Positions 60,201 to 64,000 of a stretch of DNA of 64,000 nt are shown here, piece after piece. The stretch's first letter is position 1, and the number at the start of each line of letters is the position of its first letter. A program made the position numbers and the translations under genes. The notes beneath the pieces are model-generated. The model saw nothing but the letters and a program-made list of their open reading frames with translations, ran no database searches and was not told the DNA's origin. This DNA is from Klebsiella pneumoniae (GTDB lineage Bacteria; Verrucomicrobiota; Verrucomicrobiia; Limisphaerales; SXTU01): contig CALQJI020000015.1 of the NCBI GenBank assembly GCA_943330855.2, positions 5,469 through 69,468 on the forward strand, in the 5' to 3' direction.

Positions 60201-62274
60201 CAGTTGGGTCATCCCGCCGACTGAAGAAAACCTCGGCCTCGCGCTGGGCACCGGCGGCACCAACAACGGTGGTTCCTACTGGCTGACCACTGGACGCGTC
60301 GGCGGTGTGATGAACCCGACGGCGGGCATCAGCAACCAGATCGCGATGTGCCTCGATACGAACATCAGCGTCGGCAGCTCGAACGCGTCTGTCTGGCGGC
60401 AATACAGTCTCAACACGCCGGTGCTGCGCGAGATTGACCGCTTCCGCAAATGGATGGGCACCACCGGGGTTTTGCCCTTCAACCAAGCGATGAATACAAA
60501 CGTCACCTCCATCCAGTCGCCGTTCAATCCGACCCGTGTGGTGTCCTTGAGCGCGACCTGGGAGGCGAACGACCCGCTGGTGCATTACACGTTGGCGGAC
60601 TTGGAGAACCAGTTCCTGCCGCTACTGATCACCAACCATCCGACGCGCACGGCCATCGCCCCGCCCGGCTCCCTCTACCGCGTTGATTTCCTGATCAACC
60701 GGTTCTTCACGAACTACGGCGTCAACTTCGCATTTCAGCCGTGGGGCACGGTGCCGGATATCACGCGTTACGCGGCCTATCAGAACATCGCGAATTTCCG
60801 CACGGCGGAAGGGCAGGGCTACTACGCCGTCGCGCCCCCCGCCTACGACCAGCGGCTGAAGGACGCCGGCGTTTTCCGCTCCGACCAGTGGGATTTCCCG
60901 CAGCGCAAGTTCGCCAACCTCGGCTGGCTCGGGCGAGTCCATCGCGGGACGCCGTGGCAGACCTTCTACCTCAAGTCCGACGGGCCCAATCCGACCAACT
61001 GGCTTTACTGGGCGCACAGCGTCGAGACCAACCCGACCAACGATTGGCGGCTCGCGGAGGTCTTCACCGCCGCCATTGACTCGGACGCCACGCGCGGCCT
61101 GCTCTCAGTGAACCAGACCAACCCCGCCGCGTGGTCGGCCCTCCTGTCCGGCACGCTGGTGCTGACGAATACCAGCGTGAGCATTCCCGCGCAGGCGATG
61201 CTGATCGCCCCCGCTTCCAGGCAACTCACCAACATCATAGGCGGGCTCACCAACGGCCTGTTGAACGCGAAGCTCTCCGTCCCGATGTGGATTCCGACCG
61301 CGAACTACAGCTCCAACGATGTGGTGGCCTACTGGTCCGCTCCCTACTCGGTGCTTCCTGCGGATGCGACGACGCAGACGAAGCGCTATTACCGCGCGCT
61401 GAATGCTACGAACTTCGTTTTGGCTCCGAACGTGAGTCAAAATCCGTTCGTGCAGACATCCACGCCGAGCTTCTCCTACACATATTGGACGAATGTGAAT
61501 TACTGGGCGGGATCCCCGGTGGCCTATGCGGCGGGGGATTACGTGATCTTCCGTGATGTCTCCTACATCTCTTTGGGTGGCGGTAACTCTGGGTTCCGGC
61601 CCGACGTCTCGCCCACCTTCTGGGAGCCCGCACCGCTGCGCTCCTTCACTAAGCTGGGCTATGTGCTGCGCACCCCGGAGTTGAGCGTGCAGTCACCGTA
61701 TCTCAACGCGGGCCGCCCGTGGCAGACCGGCACGGCTTACCCCGTCGGCACCCGTGTTTACTGGCAGGGCTGGTATTATCAGGCGGTCGGAACGGGTGCC
61801 CCTGCCAATCAGCCGCCGAACCCCTACCTGAATTACGCCGATCTGCGCACGCTGGTGCAGACTTACTGGTGGCCGTTGGAGTCGCCGCCGATCGCGCGCA
61901 ACGGAGCCACGGTGGACCCCCTCACCGACGTTTTCATCGAGCGCATCCCGCAGCAGACGCTCGGCCTCATGCACTTGGAGCCCAGCCCGCGCGTGGCCAT
62001 CTACGCCTATGGCCAGTCTCTGAAACCCGCCGAGCGCGGCGTGTATGTCGGCGGCGGCCCCTATCAAGGCATCACGACGAACTACCAGGTGACCGGCGAG
62101 CAGGCCTCCCGCTCGGTGGTGCGGATTGACGGACTGGCGGAGCCGGGTCTGCTGCCGCCTTCGCGTCTGCCCGCTCCGCCGCACTTGCCCGTAAGTTGGG
62201 TCACGCCCGTGCCGCCGTTGGTTTTTCCGCGCTTCATCATCGAAAGCTTCAAGCTAACTCCGGCTGATTATTGA
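57256..62274 (+). CDS. Giant GspK/PilX-like pilin (Verru_Chthon A-like), 1672 aa, with putative carbohydrate-binding modules
   Basis: SG|VALVATLIMLSLV (no Glu5, as in the K/X class); last gene of an ATGA-coupled cassette; Trp/Tyr modules near the C-terminus. Confidence 0.85.
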   Translation: MKTRFQTNLGVQRKQPVHAVPTAAVAGNARRSRSEIANLQFAIRSLKFPQTPRSGVALVATLIMLSLVTFMVVAFLSVARRERQSVAASLTINEARAAMEAGLGRAQADIAARLLTLGDPWSYGLMVPTNYQNSVFNAAVIPANISPTNVNDVLALQAAGQPTPWLLHLGNLQYDPRAPVFSTYFTNRTPYNLLASETNLGRYYLDFNRDTMFESTDSFQTGDPQWISMLEYPGVPHSATNQFTSRYTYLVAPVGKTMDLNFMHNQSKRSNGVVTAEGYLRNLGVGPHELNLSAMLTELNPFWIYNYNTGAGVSGTGTPNDAFTNALRLVLFRNNNGFNNLDNLTGQFGAGPALNLASAQFDVFGDGPLMAASNLTANVEVTNFPRPGGNNTNALAQRFFDLNELFMTTRGYSATFQSNLNRLGTNDITATPAGDASRRTYYNLLSTLGVESWPQTDKLNLNWLGTRFLYFSNSAPGAFYDLTWSNAPSTSVGGEYFGFVNWTADEFFNTAAERMLRASITPSVLFDTNWTGFGGGGANVLLTNYYFGNTFVGISNNATLSVTNIPIFPASYYTPEVHRILQLAANIYDATTTNAAAPAYPTLFRPVFGFNSNGWPNTDRIFIKGYFNNGTDATTLLSLPEVDLSDPNSRLQMYSTANSNLGGSDFCLVRGTPVVIGARKGYPNFNEFAVQSLLSVTRRLEFVKTNATNIGPMNAAGRPLTWTNQSLILGMTNILGFEAWNSYTGAFPRALQLVATNVSDVTVGFFVNRHLTTSAAQFSATNFLLLYTNRTVNGVVSNMAASAWTGTVNPNGNFKSFFFTNAPQFSSNAAAGYAFATNYPPLPGFTNGGFAPASAVVPGLAIFNRTNGFPDLRLHITITNSIRYALIEPVANRVVDFVNLGNMIIGTNILAPMPVVVAAGKLFRAAHGLLDGMEVQFYTTGTLPPPLFPNTSYFVRNATLNDFSVASISGGAAIGLGFGLGSSWVIPPTEENLGLALGTGGTNNGGSYWLTTGRVGGVMNPTAGISNQIAMCLDTNISVGSSNASVWRQYSLNTPVLREIDRFRKWMGTTGVLPFNQAMNTNVTSIQSPFNPTRVVSLSATWEANDPLVHYTLADLENQFLPLLITNHPTRTAIAPPGSLYRVDFLINRFFTNYGVNFAFQPWGTVPDITRYAAYQNIANFRTAEGQGYYAVAPPAYDQRLKDAGVFRSDQWDFPQRKFANLGWLGRVHRGTPWQTFYLKSDGPNPTNWLYWAHSVETNPTNDWRLAEVFTAAIDSDATRGLLSVNQTNPAAWSALLSGTLVLTNTSVSIPAQAMLIAPASRQLTNIIGGLTNGLLNAKLSVPMWIPTANYSSNDVVAYWSAPYSVLPADATTQTKRYYRALNATNFVLAPNVSQNPFVQTSTPSFSYTYWTNVNYWAGSPVAYAAGDYVIFRDVSYISLGGGNSGFRPDVSPTFWEPAPLRSFTKLGYVLRTPELSVQSPYLNAGRPWQTGTAYPVGTRVYWQGWYYQAVGTGAPANQPPNPYLNYADLRTLVQTYWWPLESPPIARNGATVDPLTDVFIERIPQQTLGLMHLEPSPRVAIYAYGQSLKPAERGVYVGGGPYQGITTNYQVTGEQASRSVVRIDGLAEPGLLPPSRLPAPPHLPVSWVTPVPPLVFPRFIIESFKLTPADY
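57366..57398. repeat. Heptamer tandem repeat (CAATTTG type) within a prepilin leader
   Basis: caatttg caatttg caattcg cagtttg aaatt encodes NLQFAIRSLK. Confidence 0.8.
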
Positions 62275-62329
62275 GGGTCTGACTTTGGAATTTGTGACTG
62301 CGAACGAAACACAACCAGCGCCCTCCGGG

Positions 62330-62410
62330 GTAGCCGCCGCGGTAAGGAGGCGGAGCATGAATTCGGAATTCGGAATTCGGAATTCGATATGGAAGGAATC
62401 CGCCCCCTCC
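62330..62410. repeat. GTAG REP left arm with nested GAATTCG x4 and a decayed right arm
   Basis: gtagccgccgcggtaaggaggcgg; heptamers at 62359-62386; then tccgccccctcc. Confidence 0.8.
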
Positions 62411-62487
62411 CTCCCGTTCAGCAATAGACCGTATTGCTCACCTTCCCGCGACCGCCGTAGTGTGTTGGCACCGTCGCGCACCCGCGT

Positions 62488-64000
62488 ATGAAAAGCCGAT
62501 ATTGGTTCCTGATCAGCCTGCTCCTCTTCGGGCTAGCCGCGCTCTGCTGGCAACACGGCGACCGCGTTCGTCTGCGCGATCAGCCCCGCGACAGCGCGAC
62601 CAACGCCACAGCCAAACCCACGGTTTGGGAGCGCTTCACCCGCCTGCCCGACGTCCTCGCGGGCCGCACCACGCCGCGCGAACCCGCCGCGACCGCCGCT
62701 CCCGGTGTGCCGGAACTCCTTTCCCTCAACCGCGACCCCCGCCTCCCGTTCCGCCTCCGCAACTCTCAGAAGCCCGACGCCGAGTTCTTCCGCAGCGAGA
62801 CCGCCGTGCTGCTGCGCAACGCGCTCGTCGAGACGCAGGAGCCGCTGGATATGAAAATGCCGGCGCACCTCCGCGCCGGGGAAGAACCGGGCAGTTGGCT
62901 CGTGCAGGCGCGCGGGGCGATTGACCAGGGTTTCCGCGACGTGCTGCGCGGCGCGGGCGCGGAGATCGTCAGCTACGTGCCGAACAACGCCTACCTCGTG
63001 CGCGGCAGCGCGAACTTCGCCCAACAACTCCGCGCCTCGCGCCGCGTGCAGAGCGTCCTGCCCTTTGAGCCTTACTATAAATTGGACATGACACTCCTCC
63101 CGCTGGCCGTCCGTCAGGACGACTTGCCCGAGGGCCGCTGGCTGAACGTGGTGCTCTTCTCCGGCACGCAGGAGAAGGCGAAGGCCGACCTGCTCGCACT
63201 CGGCGCGGAAGTGAAGTCCGAGCAGCGTTTCCCCTTCGGCCATGTCGTCACCATCGCCCCCCGCGCCGACAGCCTCGTGGCGCTCGCGCGGATGCCCGCC
63301 GTGCAGAACATTGAGGCGTATCACGCACCGGTTCTGATGAACGACCTCTCTCGCGTTCGACTGGATGTCTCCACAAACACCACGTCAACCGCGCCCGGCG
63401 GCAACTGGCTCAACCTCACTGGCAGCGGCGTCACGGTCGGCCTCGTGGACTCCGGTATTGACCTCGCGCACGGTCAGCTCGCGGGGCGGATTTTCTCCAA
63501 TCAGAACAGCCCCATCAACGATACGAATCTCCTCAACCCCGGCCACGGCACGTTCATCGCCGGCGTCATCGTCGCCCGGGACACCACAGACAGCGCTGCC
63601 GTGAATGGCTCGCTCAACGGCACGACCTATCGCGGCATCGCCCCCGGCGCGCAGGTGTATCCGCTCTCCCTCTTCCACACCGACTACACGAACTACGGCA
63701 ACGTCTGGCTGATCACCAACACCGCCCTCGCCACCAACATCAACATCGTCAACAACAGTTGGGGCTACCCCGTCTCCGCCTACGACATCAACTCTGCGCT
63801 CTTCGACGAGGCCGTGCGGGATTCGCAGCCCTTTCTCCCGCACGACCAGCCCATGACCCACGTCTTCTCCGTGGGCAACTCCGGCAATGCCAACACCGGC
63901 GGCACCGGCGGCACGGCGGACACCATCGCATCGCCGGCTAACGGCAAGAACGTCATCTCGGTCGGCGCGTCGGAGCAGTTCCGCCTCGTCTTTGGCACGA
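62488..64000 (+). CDS. S8 (subtilase) serine protease; 3' end lies outside the window
   Basis: Manual translation gives MKSRYWFLISLLLFGLAALC, a prodomain with SYVPNNAY, catalytic VDSGID (about 63445) and GHGTFIAG (63541), VGNSG, and SPANGKNVISVGASE. Confidence 0.92.
   Translation, partial: MKSRYWFLISLLLFGLAALCWQHGDRVRLRDQPRDSATNATAKPTVWERFTRLPDVLAGRTTPREPAATAAPGVPELLSLNRDPRLPFRLRNSQKPDAEFFRSETAVLLRNALVETQEPLDMKMPAHLRAGEEPGSWLVQARGAIDQGFRDVLRGAGAEIVSYVPNNAYLVRGSANFAQQLRASRRVQSVLPFEPYYKLDMTLLPLAVRQDDLPEGRWLNVVLFSGTQEKAKADLLALGAEVKSEQRFPFGHVVTIAPRADSLVALARMPAVQNIEAYHAPVLMNDLSRVRLDVSTNTTSTAPGGNWLNLTGSGVTVGLVDSGIDLAHGQLAGRIFSNQNSPINDTNLLNPGHGTFIAGVIVARDTTDSAAVNGSLNGTTYRGIAPGAQVYPLSLFHTDYTNYGNVWLITNTALATNINIVNNSWGYPVSAYDINSALFDEAVRDSQPFLPHDQPMTHVFSVGNSGNANTGGTGGTADTIASPANGKNVISVGASEQFRLVFGT

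Noticed and set aside
62285-62491. 68-aa ORF between the giant pilin and the subtilase
   Set aside because: TTG start, largely made of REP and heptamer sequence, and a promoter-like TTGCTC-N18-TAGTGT lies within it.

Overview
GC-rich bacterial chromosomal segment. The gene content (two DUF1501 genes, PQQ-like propeller proteins, a Verru_Chthon-type prepilin cassette) points to Verrucomicrobiota; the taxon is inferred. In order, it carries: a truncated nucleotide-sugar dehydrogenase; a six-gene unusual-sugar operon; arsM followed by an alpha/beta hydrolase broken by one in-frame TAG; secreted hydrolases; a sensor-less phosphorelay; housekeeping genes (sppA, upp, htpX, a sigma-70 factor, apt, tRNA-Phe, ExbBD/TonB-like genes, guaB, recJ); a TonB-receptor relic; an ECF sigma/redoxin/Cu-monooxygenase operon; a degenerate BrnT/BrnA-like pair coupled to six prepilin genes ending in a 1672-aa pilin; and a truncated S8 protease. 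No CRISPR array, integrase or transposase is visible. The most unusual signals are: (1) a strong, directional Thr-Asn (TN) dipeptide excess in exported proteins, a candidate undescribed modification sequon; (2) a GTAG-type REP/REPIN family and heptamer repeats inserted in frame in proteins, especially in the cleaved leaders of four consecutive pilins; (3) a YgjP/SprT-like metalloprotease that begins with the beta-clamp motif QLDLF; (4) two orphan repeat arms bracketing a 7.3-kb block. All counts are hand counts; no database searches were run.
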